Below are positions 23,401 to 36,900 of a stretch of DNA of 64,000 nucleotides, one piece after another; position 1 is the first letter of the stretch, and the number at the start of each line of letters is the position of its first letter. The notes under the pieces are model-generated. The model did no database searches. It was not told the origin of the DNA and was given only the letters and a program-made list of their open reading frames with translations. This stretch comes from the human T2T-CHM13v2.0 reference genome, Homo sapiens. Position numbers and translations under genes: made by a program. The stretch is taken from NCBI RefSeq assembly GCF_009914755.1, contig NC_060931.1. One strand, written 5' to 3'.

Positions 23401-26400
23401 TTTGCCCAAGTGGCATTTGACTTGTGTGCAAAGGAGAGTCTGAGAAGGACTTAGCAGTAGTAGAAGTAGTCATAGAAGAGGAAGAAGAAAAAGGAAAAGG
23501 AGAAAGAGGAGTAGGGAGGGAAAGGGAAGGGGAGAGGGAGAAGGAGAAGAGAATACAAAGAAATAAGTAAAGAAAGGCAAAAGAAGGAGGAAGGAGAGAA
23601 GAAAATGTATCTGAGAAATAGGAAGGAAGGAAATGGACACAACTCGGTGACTGAATGTGGGACCAGGGAATAGGCAAGAGGAATGAGTCTGAGATGACAT
23701 TTAGCTTTCTGTCTTAGGTTGGTAGTTAGTAGGGCCATTCACTTAAATAGGCAATACAGACAGAATAGCAATTTTGGGGGAAAGAAGATGGTTTAGTTTT
23801 GATATATCGGACCTGTATGGTGCTTCTGGCACTTCCAAGCAGAGACATCCAGAGGCAGCTGGGTGTACGGTTTTAGAGCTTTAAAGATATAGATTTGGGA
23901 TGTACCAGTGTTACATGAAGACATGGAAATGAATGAAATCATACAGAAAATCATACAGGAGAATAAAACCATTCTGTAGAGAGAGAAGAGAAGGTGTAGA
24001 AGGATGAGAATTTGGTGGACATCAATATTTTAGGCCGTAATTCTTAATCTTTGCGGGTTGATGACATTTCTGAAAATCAGATGATTTCTAGAGAAAGCCA
24101 AATTTCACAGACTTACAGAATTTTGTAATTTCCAAGGTGTTGAGACTCCCCTTGTGAACTTCCATAGATTTCAGCTGTTTAAATGGTGGAAGAGGAAGGG
24201 GAGCCCATGAAAGACAGTGAGAAGGGGAATCAAATAGAAGTAGGAAAACCAGATTCCCAACTCATGGAGACTTATTCATCTGACCTAATGCAGTGGTAGA
24301 TATAAACCCTCTAAATGAACAGCCTGTTTCTCTTATATTTTTGTTCATAAAACTAGGAAAGTAAGAGTGCACATTTAGAAGTAATTTGTGGAATTCCCTT
24401 TTTCTTCATAGCCCTTCACAATTGAATTGAATTTCTCCCCTATTTCATTTTGAATTTTTTTTCTTTGAGTCATAGAAACCATGGCTTAGTTAACTTTGGA
24501 AAGAGAGATTTTTAGAATATATGAATAATCCCACAATGATTTTCTTTTCTACCTAGGTATAAGATAGGGGAAGTGCAAGGCCAGCATGCATTCATGTTTT
24601 ATTAGGATCCCTTCCTTGTATGTCACACATACCTACGGAAGTGATGATAACTGTGAAATGAGTTTCATCTTGCCTGCCGGTTATGTTGTTGTAAGCACAG
24701 CACACATAGTCCATTGTCTTCTGGGCTACTTTCTCAGATGCAACTTCTAAGCGAGGCCCATGCTTAATGATATATGTAGTATTGTCAGTCCTCCTAATCC
24801 AGGAGTAGGTGTTGGGGGGATGAGAATCAGCAGAACAATCAAATAGGATGGCCTCTCCAAGGTCAACAGTAAACACTTCCCCTACTTTTAGCCCTTTATC
24901 AGAATTCACTTGAAGTCCATAAGGTCCATCTGCATCAATATAAAAAAAAATAGATAAGTAACACAAGTAATCACAACATAGGTTTTGAGTTTGGGAGAGC
25001 TTAGTAGCATTTTACTGTTTTTGAAAATTTTCATCTTAGAATTGGACGAGCAGGTCCTTGCTTAGACTCCCAATAAATGATGAGGACCTAAATATGTTTT
25101 ATTCTGATATCGATGAAAGTGAAAATTATTTGAGATTTGATTTGAAATAGTGATTTGAACTAATCTGAAATAGTAAAAGCCTGAAACTTCATATACAATT
25201 TTACAAATACTGTCATCATAATTGTGATGCTAAGGTTTTGAGTAATGTATTGATAAATCTGCCATCTTGTAGACAAATTCAATCTTGCTGTTTTTGTGTG
25301 ACTAGCTTATTTTTATATGCTGATTTATTTTATTATTATTTTTAATTGAGACATGATAATCGTACGTATTTATGAGGTACAGTGTGATGTTTTGATCACA
25401 TGTTTTGATACATGTATAGAGTGTGTAATGATTAAATCAGTCTAATTAGTATCTCCATCACCTCAAACATTTATTATTTCCTTTTGTTGGGTACATTCAA
25501 AGTCTACCATTGTTGCTGTTTGAAAATACACCATAAATTGCCGTTAATTATAGTCACCCTCTAGTGCTATAGAACACAAGAACTTATTCCTCATATCTAG
25601 CTGTCCATTAACTATTTTTGTGTCTATTAACCAACTTTTGGCTACCCCCCACCACCCCACTCTTCCCCATCTCTAGTAACTACTATTCTACTCTCTATGT
25701 CTATTAGATCAACTTTTTAGCTTCTACACATTAATATTTCTGAAATAGTCATTGTACTTGAAAATATTTTTACAAGAGATTATGGCCACTATTTTCTCTT
25801 TAACAACCATACTTTCAGTATTATCTATTTTTCTTCTCAGTGCTAGGGTAGGCCATGTAAATATTTATAAAAGACATTGTTTCACATGGGACACTGTGCA
25901 AATAGACATAGGGGTGTTTGGTATTTTTACAACATTTTAACAGTTAAAGAATTTTTAAAATCCTCCCACCCACACCCCAGCTAAGATTAGGATTCCATTT
26001 GAAAAAAAAAGTTACATCTTCTTTATCATTAACTACTTAGCCCCTGGTGTTTTTTTCCACATTGCAGTACTCCTGTAGCATTGTACCATTTCTATGGTGT
26101 TAGGTTGCCAGTAGGTGAAGACACTTTTCCCATTGCTTTCTTCAGAGAATAAGGAAAATTTTAAAAAATTCTTCTCCTAGATAGGTTTTCTCATTCAGTC
26201 TAAATCCTGGCTTATAGTCTAAAAATCTTTGAGTTTTAGTGCTTATGTTCACCTTTCAGCTGATCATTACCAATATTTATTGGATATCTGCCATGAGAAG
26301 GCACTTTAAGTGCTTATGCAGATAACAACATTTAATATTTAGAGCAACCACCATGAGGTAGATGTTATTATTCTAATTTTAAGATGAGGAAAGAGATATT

Positions 26401-29400
26401 TAAACAATTTATTTGCCCATGGTCATATAGCTATTAAATAGCAGAGCTGGGTTTCTAAAATATATGCACTTAATCGTTCACATTACTTCTCTAAAAAGAA
26501 ATAAAGTATAAGTGGTATAACTTTCTATATCATAATAGTTTGTTGTTGTCTAACTGTAGTACTAGTTCTACAATCAATTACTAATTATATATTAATATTA
26601 ATTCTGTAATCATCCAATCAAGTAATAAATATTTATTTGAGAGATGATGCTAAGTATGAGATAATATATTTAGTATACGGGAGATAGAGGTATGAGACAT
26701 TCATATTCTTAGGGAATTTACAAACTGGATATGGGTATGGATGGTTTGCTCAGTAATGGCCTAATCTTAAAGGTCCTGATTTTTTTAAAAGTATAAGCTA
26801 TTTATCTCTCAACATATAGAAAAATAGAATGTAGTAACTAAACATTAGGGTAACTAATTTTTTCAATCACTAGCTAGGCATTCTTTAGAAGTCATTTGAA
26901 TTTTTTGGGTCTCATTTTCCTCACCTTTTAATATAAAAAGACAGGTTAGAGGACTGATTGCCAAGATTCTTTCTAACCCCTTTGAAACACCAGGATTCTT
27001 GCCATGCCATTAAAAGTAAAGGCAAAAACAGTGATTACTTTTGCACCAACCTAGTAAAACCATTTTGGATATTGGCAAACCAATCCCAAGTTTGCAGATT
27101 CCCAGAGTGGTTCTCTATCATGTCAGCATTTTCTGACCAATCTGCCACAGAGGAGACAAATTTTCTAAGCTATAACAGAAAATGAATATACAAAACAATA
27201 GATTATCTTCAGCTAGAAAACAGACTAATCTATGTTTTCTTTCTAGAGAAAAAGACATATGGAGAAATGTGAAGGAACCATATGGGTTTTTATTAATAAA
27301 CCTGCATGAGATAAGCCTGCTTTCAGAAAGCAAACAGAAGTTAGTACTTTCAATTTAAAGTAATCAGGAACTGAAGGTACAGGATTAAAATAAGGAGAAA
27401 TTTCTGCCCCTTTCCTGTTACTGTATAAGAAGCCTGTTCTCTCATTTCAGGCTGTGACACAGTCTCAGGTGAAACCACTGTGATAAAAGGTTTAGAACAG
27501 TGTGCTGTCAAATGGAACTCTTTTGTTCTGAATTCCACTAAACAGTAAGTAGTGTAATGGGAACAAAAATTTGTTTTTGCTCACTCAACCGAAATCAATA
27601 TTGAGATTACTTTGCACATGGTATGAGTCTAGGCATAGTGAAGACATCTGAGACGTTGACCACATACTATGTATGGCTATTATCTCAGGCCCTGTGGTTC
27701 AGAAGGGACCCTTCATGTTGTCAGCATTGATAGAACATTAGGGAAGGAAAGATCACCAAGCAGCGGGCAGTTATGGTGCACACCGAAGGAAACCAGCAGG
27801 AGGAATTTACCGTAGTTTGGGAGAGCAAGAGACCTGAGTCTATGTACAAAATCTAAAGTCTGAGGGTCTTTCTGAGAGTAGAGCAAGGCAGACTTGATAA
27901 AGAAGAAAAATGTGGTCACGAAAATACAGCCACTCAATTTAGGTCTTCGTCTTCCCCCTGGTTTTCAGGGTATAGAGAATGGGGCTATAAAAACAAACTG
28001 TCTAGTAATTTAATACACATAAAAATGAGTGTTACTCCTTTTCAAGCATGCTGACATTGCTCAAAACTTTTTGGGGAACTCCTCATTTGGAGTTGCCTTA
28101 GGACCCTGCAGCATAATGGAGTATTCTCACAAGCAGTAATTCTTCAATTTCAATTTCAGAGGGTAGGTTTAATTTGTAGAGGAAGCCCATAGTCATTTAG
28201 AGCCAAGGCTAGTAAATAAGGTCAATTACCTAATTTAATAAGTTCATTCTGGTTTAAAATAAAAATACCTTTAAAGAAAGTAATCTGATTATCTTATCTT
28301 CCTTAATCATGTGTATTTTGATTTCGTTACTTCCCCATTTATTGGGTTTCATGATTGGCATAATTTTTTCTCTTCTGTCTGTTTTATTTATATGCTATAT
28401 TTGGCTCTTCAGAAGCAGCCTCACATCCCTCAAACTTCCTTGCCCCCACCTCAACACCTCTTCCGACTCTTGGAACCTAACACTTTGAAGCATTTCAGTT
28501 CCTTGCTTCTGATATGTTTCTTAAAAAGTAACATAGTTTATCTGTTTATATAAGAAATGCACGGTTTTTTTTTTGCAGAAAATCCTAAAATTCAGAGAAG
28601 CACAAAGATGAAAAGAAAGTCATTTGTAATTTTATTGCTCAGAGAACCAATATCCACATTTCAGTGGATAATTTTCAAGTCTTACTTTAATGCATCTTTT
28701 TCTCTCTCTCTTTATCACACATGCACACAAATTTAACTACATCTCACACTCTACATGTTGCTTACAATATACTTTCTTCTGACTCTACTATGATGTTATT
28801 TCCTTTATCATTAGAACTCCAGGCTGACCATCCCTCTACTTGGAGGGGCAGCCTAGTACATTATTCGAGTGAATGGGCAATCCAATTGGAGATATTTGGA
28901 GTGATTCAACTAGAGTGACCTCTGATACTGAAGATGAAAGCAGAAGGATAATTCCATTTTGACTTTGGATTATGGTTTACTTTCTTGCCTTTGGCAGAGA
29001 GCTCCCAATAGAAATGAACCCTTTGCCTTGGGGATGGCTGTTTACTAAATGACTTGTAAAATCACATATCATCTGTTCTCTTTAACAATTTATGGCTGTG
29101 TGGGAACAGTGCCTAAATTTACATCATGATGCTGTTTGCCGCCCTGCTTGGGAGCAGATGGTAAGTATTTACTGTGAATGACCTTTTTTCCCCTTTAATT
29201 TTTATCACTTAGAGCTCTCCACTGCAGCATTGCCATATGTTGCACACAAAATGCAGTGGTTACTGGGTTATTATTTACAACTGGAGCTTGAAGGCATATC
29301 ATGAACTGCAAGTAGATACTTGTCTGAGTTATTGGCTTGACATTGTATTCCACCAAGGCCAATACCAGATTATGACATCACAACCTCATAAGTATATAGT

Positions 29401-32400
29401 CAATCTTAATAGATTTTATTATACTTTTTCTGCCAAAATAAAAAATAGTTCCTACTTTCATGAAAAAACCCTTCACAGAAACAGTGCCTTTAGAAAACAG
29501 AATACTTGATTTTGCTAAAGGTCAGGAAAAAAAAGTGCCAAAGCACTATAATGAAGAAGCTGTCACCTTATAATGAGAATTTAGCCTTTTTACAGCATCG
29601 TCAAGTAACACTGGAATCTAAAAGGGATATGAAGAAAGATAATCTGTTCCATTTTAGTTAAGTTCAAGAAACTTTATTGATTTCTTAATCTCTGTCAGCT
29701 ATTGCCCTATGGATACAAAGATGAAGAATGCAGAACTCTGGTTTGGGTTTGGGGTGTTCACAAGAGTCAAGGAAAATATAAAGCAGTGAGGACCCGGAAT
29801 GAGAGTGCCTAGGATGCTGAAGGAGCACAATGAACCTGTTAGTGACACTGAGGAGGTGAGATAAGTGGAGGCAGGTAAACCTTTCTGGAAAGGATGATGA
29901 TGTCATGAGGCAAGAAGAAGGCAACCAGATGAAGAAAGAGAAGTGTGAATAACACCAACCAAGGCACATATTCCCAGCTTGCAGGGAATGATAAAGATTG
30001 TAAACATTTGGATGCCACATCCACAGATAGGATATACAACCAATCTTCAGATTACAGTATATATTTTATTTAATTTTTGTTACTCAAAAGCAACAAAACC
30101 AACCAACCAGAACAAAAACAGGGCTAAAATAGTGATAGCAAGAAAAATTATTAAATTAATGGGTCTGGGTTGTGTTTGTACATGTTATATGGTAGGTAGT
30201 AATTGTTTAGCACAAACAAGACCCTGATGTTTCATTTTTTAAAATCAAATAATCTATAAATGAATGAGTGCATAAATGAATAAGTAAGTGAATGAATGAA
30301 TATCAATAAGATGAGATGTTGACCAAGTGAAGAATTCTGCATTTGAAAGTAAAAATAGTGAAGACAAAAATTAGTAATGCAATGTTCACAATTACCAATT
30401 AATGAGTCAAAATCTTTCTTAAGCCATGTAGATAATTCATCTTTACAATGTGTAAATGGAAGCCACATTTGTAAATTGTCTAAATGTTCTTCTTTCTATT
30501 ATCTGTCGTTAGTCTTTGCATGTGATAGGTGTTTCTCTATGAGATTTTCATAGGTAATGTTTAAAATAATGTAAAGAAGAAAGTTCAGTCTGTCAGCAAA
30601 AGATAGATTCTGTAAAGTGTGAACTTACTCAAATTGGGGTATTCTCATTCTTTCAAATAACATCGTGAAGGAAAGAAGGCTTAGGAGCCTAAAGCATAAT
30701 ATTTAACATTTGCAGGTTTGATTATGGTTTTCTCTCCCATTTTTATATTTTCCACACTGTGTATCACAGCATATTCTGTGATAATAATGAGATTGGTGCA
30801 TAGACTTGCACATGTTGAAAGAAAGATGTTATTTTCATTTTGCCAGATTAATATGAACTGTATAGCAAAACAAAAGTATATGTCAAAAATGATATTTGCA
30901 TTTGCCTATAATTGCTTAAGTAAATTTCCCCAGGACTTTTTCATTTAAACCTATGGCTAGAGTTTAAAGACAGGCAGGTAGGGATGGGAAGACATACAGA
31001 TAAAGAGCTAGAAGAAAGAATTGATGTAAAGAAAATATTTTACAAGAGAAGAATAAAGTATGTTAAATTCAGGAATGGTAATATTTGGAGAGGAAAAAAG
31101 TTCTCAAGATATTCTTTCAGTTTTTTTCATTGCAGCCTCTGCATTGTTCTGGGTTCTTGAAATTGAGAATCTTGCTTTCCGCTGGAAATGAGGTCGCACA
31201 ATAGACTGAATCACGAAATACAACCTGAGTGGCCCCTGGCCAGTATTTCAACTTGATCTTTAAGAAATAGGATTGTGCTAGCAGACATATTTCATACAAG
31301 ACAGTGCCTAGGAGGTGTGATTAGAACTATTGAACTACAATAATGGTAAAAAGCCAAATGACATCTGGTACTTATATTCTCTGTGACTATCCTGGGAGAT
31401 ATTCTCAGAAAACAACAAAAAACAACTCATGAGTTAAAAAAAAATAAACTTACAATATATGATGGGCATAATGATATCACTTTCCATTTCACTGACAGGG
31501 TTCCTCACCAGGCAGCTGTAATTCCCAATGTCTTCCTTGGTTACTGGAGCAATATGAAGGGTATTGTTTTGGGGAGAAAAGGAGTAGGTGGAGCTGGTGT
31601 GGACAGGTCTCCCATTTTTTAGCCATTGGTAAGCTAGCCGAGTGCCCCCTTCCACATGGCATGTCAGGGTCATGTTCCCCACATACTCCACAGCCCCAGA
31701 GGGAGGATGAATCTGCACCACTGGCTTTGTGACAGGATCTGCAATATTAAGAGAGATATGAATGATTTTTTCTTTTCATGGAAATATAATAAAACCCTAT
31801 GAGGTCTTTCAAATATGAACTCCTGGAGAAATTATTCCAGCATTTTACACTGTAAATGTAGACAGCTCAGGTAATAACTAAAGAAGAGAAGAGAATAAAA
31901 AGCCAGGGAAAATGCAAAATGACAAAATATGAGAATATCATTTATAGTCAGAGATAATCAAATTCCAGAACTTACTTTTCAAGGATGGTCTAATGAAGCC
32001 CTTTACTTTATAGGTGGCTGAGAATGTCAGCTTCCTTATTTCCTGTTCATTGTGCTTTCACCAACACCATAAAGGTACACTTTCACAGGCAAAATTTTTA
32101 TGGTTATTCCCCTCTATTGATTTGTCCTAATGTCCCAATAGCAGCTGGTTGGGATGGATGTGGTGAACTCAAATTTCTATCATCTGCAAAATATACAGCT
32201 AACATATATACTATACTTTTGGGAAACTGAGGGATAATTTTAGTGAATCACATATGTAAAACTATTCTTTCTATGTATGTCATGAAGCAATTATAAACTT
32301 TAATTGCTTTGCATTTGTGTTGTAACATTATGTTAGGCACTTTAACAAACCAAAACCTACATTTATTTCAACACTGACTCAGTCTGAAAATAGGATAAAA

Positions 32401-33924
32401 TATATTCTTGGGCTTTTATCAAATTAGAGAAAAAAATACAAATCCGATAGAAATTCCTGTTGGAAAGTCAAGTCATAGGAAAATAGTCTTATTTCATCAT
32501 CTGCCACACAGTAGGCTCTTAATAATATTTGTCAAAGCAAATTTCCAAAAATGAGTAAATATTTGCTCTCTGAATTTTAACTGTAAAGTTGATGGATTAT
32601 ATAAGCATGGTAGAATTATATAAGAATCCGCAACCATTTCTGGCAATTTTCTTTAATCATTGAAGTTCTTGACTTAATCGATAAAAACAGTGGCTTGCCC
32701 AGAGTTACACAGCAGTCAGTAGCAAAATGAAGAGGGCTTCACATCTGGCAATGTTTCTCTTCTGCATTTTGGAGAGAGGTGTATTTAATAATCTCCTTCT
32801 ATGTATGACTACATGACACAGAGAGAATAGGATGATACATAAGTGAGAGATGATTGTGTCCAATGTTTAGACTTCAATTTCCTTTCAAGCTTTTAATTAG
32901 GGTCAATGCATCTTCCTCAGGTAGATTTATTTTGACTTGTGCTCATATTTTTCTACACTGGAAAATGTGCATTAGGGCACAAACTGACCAAATTCTCCAT
33001 CCCAGAGAAGATAGAAGAAAGTGAAAGATAAGAGAAAGGAAGTCGAAAGGTAACTTATGGGGGAGTCGAGTAATTCTGAAGCTTATAGCACTTTTCAAGA
33101 AGGGTGTAATCAACTGGCTCATCTATTTAATTTAATCCTTCATCTTCCCTGGCAAGAACAAAAGACTGGGAAAGGCTTTATGTTTATGATATTATGATTT
33201 TAAAAGAAAAATAAATTGTGTACATTTAATATGCAGAAAAAGCTTATATTTCAAATGTACCTGTGTGTGGAACTGTAAGTGGTATGAGATAAATAGGTAA
33301 CACATCAACAGTTTTGTATGAGAAGAACCAATCATTAGAATAGTCACTGGTATTGTGATCATACATTTGCTTAAAACAGTATAACTCAGATGAAGAAGTT
33401 TTTCTTCTGAGAAGAATTTTGGCATGGGGCCTAAAACCCTATTCAGGCTTTACTAAGTTTTTGGTTGCATTTTCCTAAGCAGATGCAACTTTACTACTGA
33501 TTCACAAGAAAGGATTCTATTAGGAGGGAGACAGGACACCATATAGGAAATCTTCATGGAAATTCCCTTTAGATCTCTCTTTTCTTTTTCCCCACAGTTG
33601 CTCTCTAGGCATTTGCTTCTACCTTCTGCATCTTTACTCCTCTGAAGCCTCCCCAGTCTCCTCTGTGGCCACTCATTTATTCCACAGATAGTTGCTGAAT
33701 CTACTAGTGGTCAGCAAAGGTTTTAAGCACTGAGGACAAAGCAGCAAATAATACAAAGTCCCTGCTCCTAGGGACCTCATATTCTAGGTAGGGAAGAGAA
33801 AGAATAAACAAATAAAAATCTATAATATGCCCAGGTAGTAATAAAAGCTATGAAAAAGAGAGAAGCAGAATTGGAGATAGAGAGTGACTCTCTCTCTCTC
33901 TCTTTCTATTTTCTCTGAGCATGT

Positions 33925-33969
<45 letters not shown>

Positions 33970-36900
33970 GGAGAAGTGAGATTACATTTTATATAGGGTG
34001 GTCAGTAAAGGCTTCACAGATAAAGTGACATTTGAGCCAAGACCTAAAGGAAACGAGGGGAGCATGCTAGTATCTTGGAGAAAAGCTGTCTAGGTAGAGC
34101 AAACAGCAAGTACAAAGGCCCTGAGGAGGAGTGTGTTTTGGCCCGTTCCAGGAAAAGCATGAAGGCCAGCATGGCCAGAACCGAGTGAGTGAGGGGGATG
34201 CAGATAGGAAAATGGGGTCAGATAGGCGCTGGGTATGTGGGGCATTGCAGATTGTTAATAATTTGACTTTTACTCTGAGTGAGATAGAAGCAATGGGAGG
34301 ATTTTAAGCTGAAGGAGGCAGGAATAGAAGCAGGGAGAGTAGGTGGCAAAGCTATTAGGACAGTTCAGGCCGCGGCTGATTGTGGTATTGAGTGGGGCAG
34401 TACTGGGGGTGGTAAGTGGTTGGATTTTGTCTATATTTTCAAGGTAAAGCCAATAGGCTTTCCCGTGGACTGGATGTGGGATGTGAGAAAAAGAGGAGGT
34501 CAACGGTGACTACAAGGTTTTGGCTAGAGCAATTGATAGAATGGAATTTGTATTTATTAAAATGGGGAATACTGTCAAATAAACAGGTGTAGAGATCAAA
34601 AATCAGAAGTTGGGCTTGGACATAGTATATTTTACATATGTCACTTATTTCAATAAGGAAAATAAGTGTCTGAAAGTTAGCTGACCCCACTCCTCCTCAG
34701 AGGACATTTCCAGGCATGTCCATTGTCCTTAAGTACCATTCTTGCACAAGTCTCATCCTCTTCCAAACAGTGTACTGAAACAAAAATCTTCATGACAAAA
34801 ATAGGGCTCTTCCCAGGGTACAGTCTATTGTTGAGAAAATAAGATTTTCTCCATCTCATCAAATTAGCAACATTATACTTGATAGTTCCCAGGCAAACAA
34901 ACAATAAGTTATACTTAGTGCTTGATTACCTATTGCACTAGGTATATCTCTTATGTGCATGTCTTATTTAATCTTCAGAAAGCCTTGTGAGGTAGATAAT
35001 GTCATTAGTGCCATGAGATATTGAGGCTTTGAGGATTAATTGATTTGTGCAAAGTTGTGAAGCCAAGATCTAAAGCCGAAGTAGTTTAGTCTCCTGAGCC
35101 TTTGCTAACTACCATGCTAGACTGCTGCCCTCGTACACTCACAGGGGACTCACCATCAACCGTGACTTGTATCTTCTGACTGGCAGATAGAGTTCCATTT
35201 CCCTGAATGTTGACCTTCACGATGTAATTGCCTTCATCAGGGAACTGCAGTGGGTTGATAAGCAGAGATGCATTGGGTGGCATCATGGTGAACTTGTGTT
35301 GGTATTCCAAGTCAGGAACCACAGACTTATTCACAGAGCCCAGTAAGTATTTGGGCATTGTGTGGGGTCTCTCAAATAGCCATATGATCTGGATGTCTGA
35401 TGCTGGAGTGTGGAAGCCATAGTGGACGGGTAGGTAGAGGGCCTGACCTCTGACGCCATGGACAGTGTGTGATGGCACTGTCACCTTCAGCCCCGAGCAA
35501 GCACCTGTTGCAAAGGAAAGGAAAGTTGTGAAGACCTTGAGCCACATTTCACAATCTAAAGGGGCAAATGCAGAGAGAACCTGATCAGGTGATAATCCTT
35601 TTCAAAGAAGAGTGGCTTCTAGGTACTGACTATTCTAGTACTGGTTACATATAGAGGTAAATATTTGTCCCTGAAACCTTCTGCACTTAAAAAACTCCAC
35701 CCAAAGACCGTGCTGGTTGCACAAGATAAAAAGGAAAAGCAGAAGTTATTTTCTACGATTGCTACGGAATAATGGGAAAAGGAGAACTAAGAAAGTTTAC
35801 TACTTCTAAAGTCCAATGAAACCATTAAAACATTTGGAATTATGACTATATTAATGTCTGTCATATCATATCATAATCTAACTATGTGATTTGAGAAATA
35901 CTAGAGGTTATTTCCTCCCAACAGTTTCCCTTAAAGCTGTCTGAAATGACTGAATATTCCATTATTGGAAGTTCTTCCTTTTAGCCAAATGCTTGCCAAA
36001 TGCAAATATCCCAAGGAGAGTGGTATTAAACCATTATCAGTCATGACCAGTTATTTCCACCCAGAACAGGCATCTGGTTGGTGTATTTGAGAAACAGCAA
36101 GAGGCAGGTACAGATGGAGCACAGTGGAGGAGGAGGAGCATGATAAGATATGAGGTCAGTGAGGTGGCTGTGACAGACTGGCAGGACCTTAGGATCACGG
36201 GAAAAACTCTGGCAATTTTACTCTAAGATGGGGATGCAATAGGAGTTTCATGAACAGAAAAGGGCTATTTTTTTAAATGTTTTATTAGACCTAGTCTATC
36301 TGCTGTGAGAATACACAGGAATAGGGCTAGAGCAGGAACAGGGAGAACACTTAGTTAGGAGGTGACTGCAATGTAATAGGCCAGAGACAACTGTGCTGGA
36401 AACTAGGGTGTTAGTAAAAGACGTTTTGGAAAAAGGCTGATTGTGACAAAAGGATTTGGTGACACTTTGAGGGTGTCAGAAACAAAGAGGATGCCAAGCT
36501 TCTTGACTCGGACCAACTGGAAGAAAGGAATTGCAGTAAATAAATTAATCATGGGGAAGACTGTGGGGAGAATAGTTTTTGTGGGGAAGACGAGGATTCA
36601 GTTTTGGGAGCGTTCATTTTGAGATGCCCATTAGACATCTAAGAGGCAATGTTGTGAAATCCTGATTAATGTGAATTTAAGAGAGAATGAGGGGCCTGAG
36701 AGGGCCTTGGGGCATGGAGCTCTGCCCAGTGGATAGCCCTGGGCAGTGCTGGGGATTTGTGGACCCATGCATTCACTGCTGTATCTTCATGTTTCTTCCC
36801 AGTTTCTGGCAACTGGAGATTTCCCCGTCTTACCTTAAGCCATGATATATTATTTTATTTTATTTAGCATTTCTATGTATTTGCAGGGGGAAGAGAGTCT

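Noticed and set aside
23354-23738. Three overlapping minus-strand ORFs rich in F/L/S/P
   Set aside because: Artefact of a GA-rich low-complexity tract that lacks stops on the pyrimidine strand
35086-35153. Exon 2 read-through (GESPVS...GSGD*) as a secreted single-Ig isoform
   Set aside because: Strong GTGAGT donor and no canonical poly(A) signal noticed close to the stop, unlike the exon 4 case
35228-35422. 64-aa plus-strand ORF
   Set aside because: Antisense shadow of HEPACAM2 exon 2
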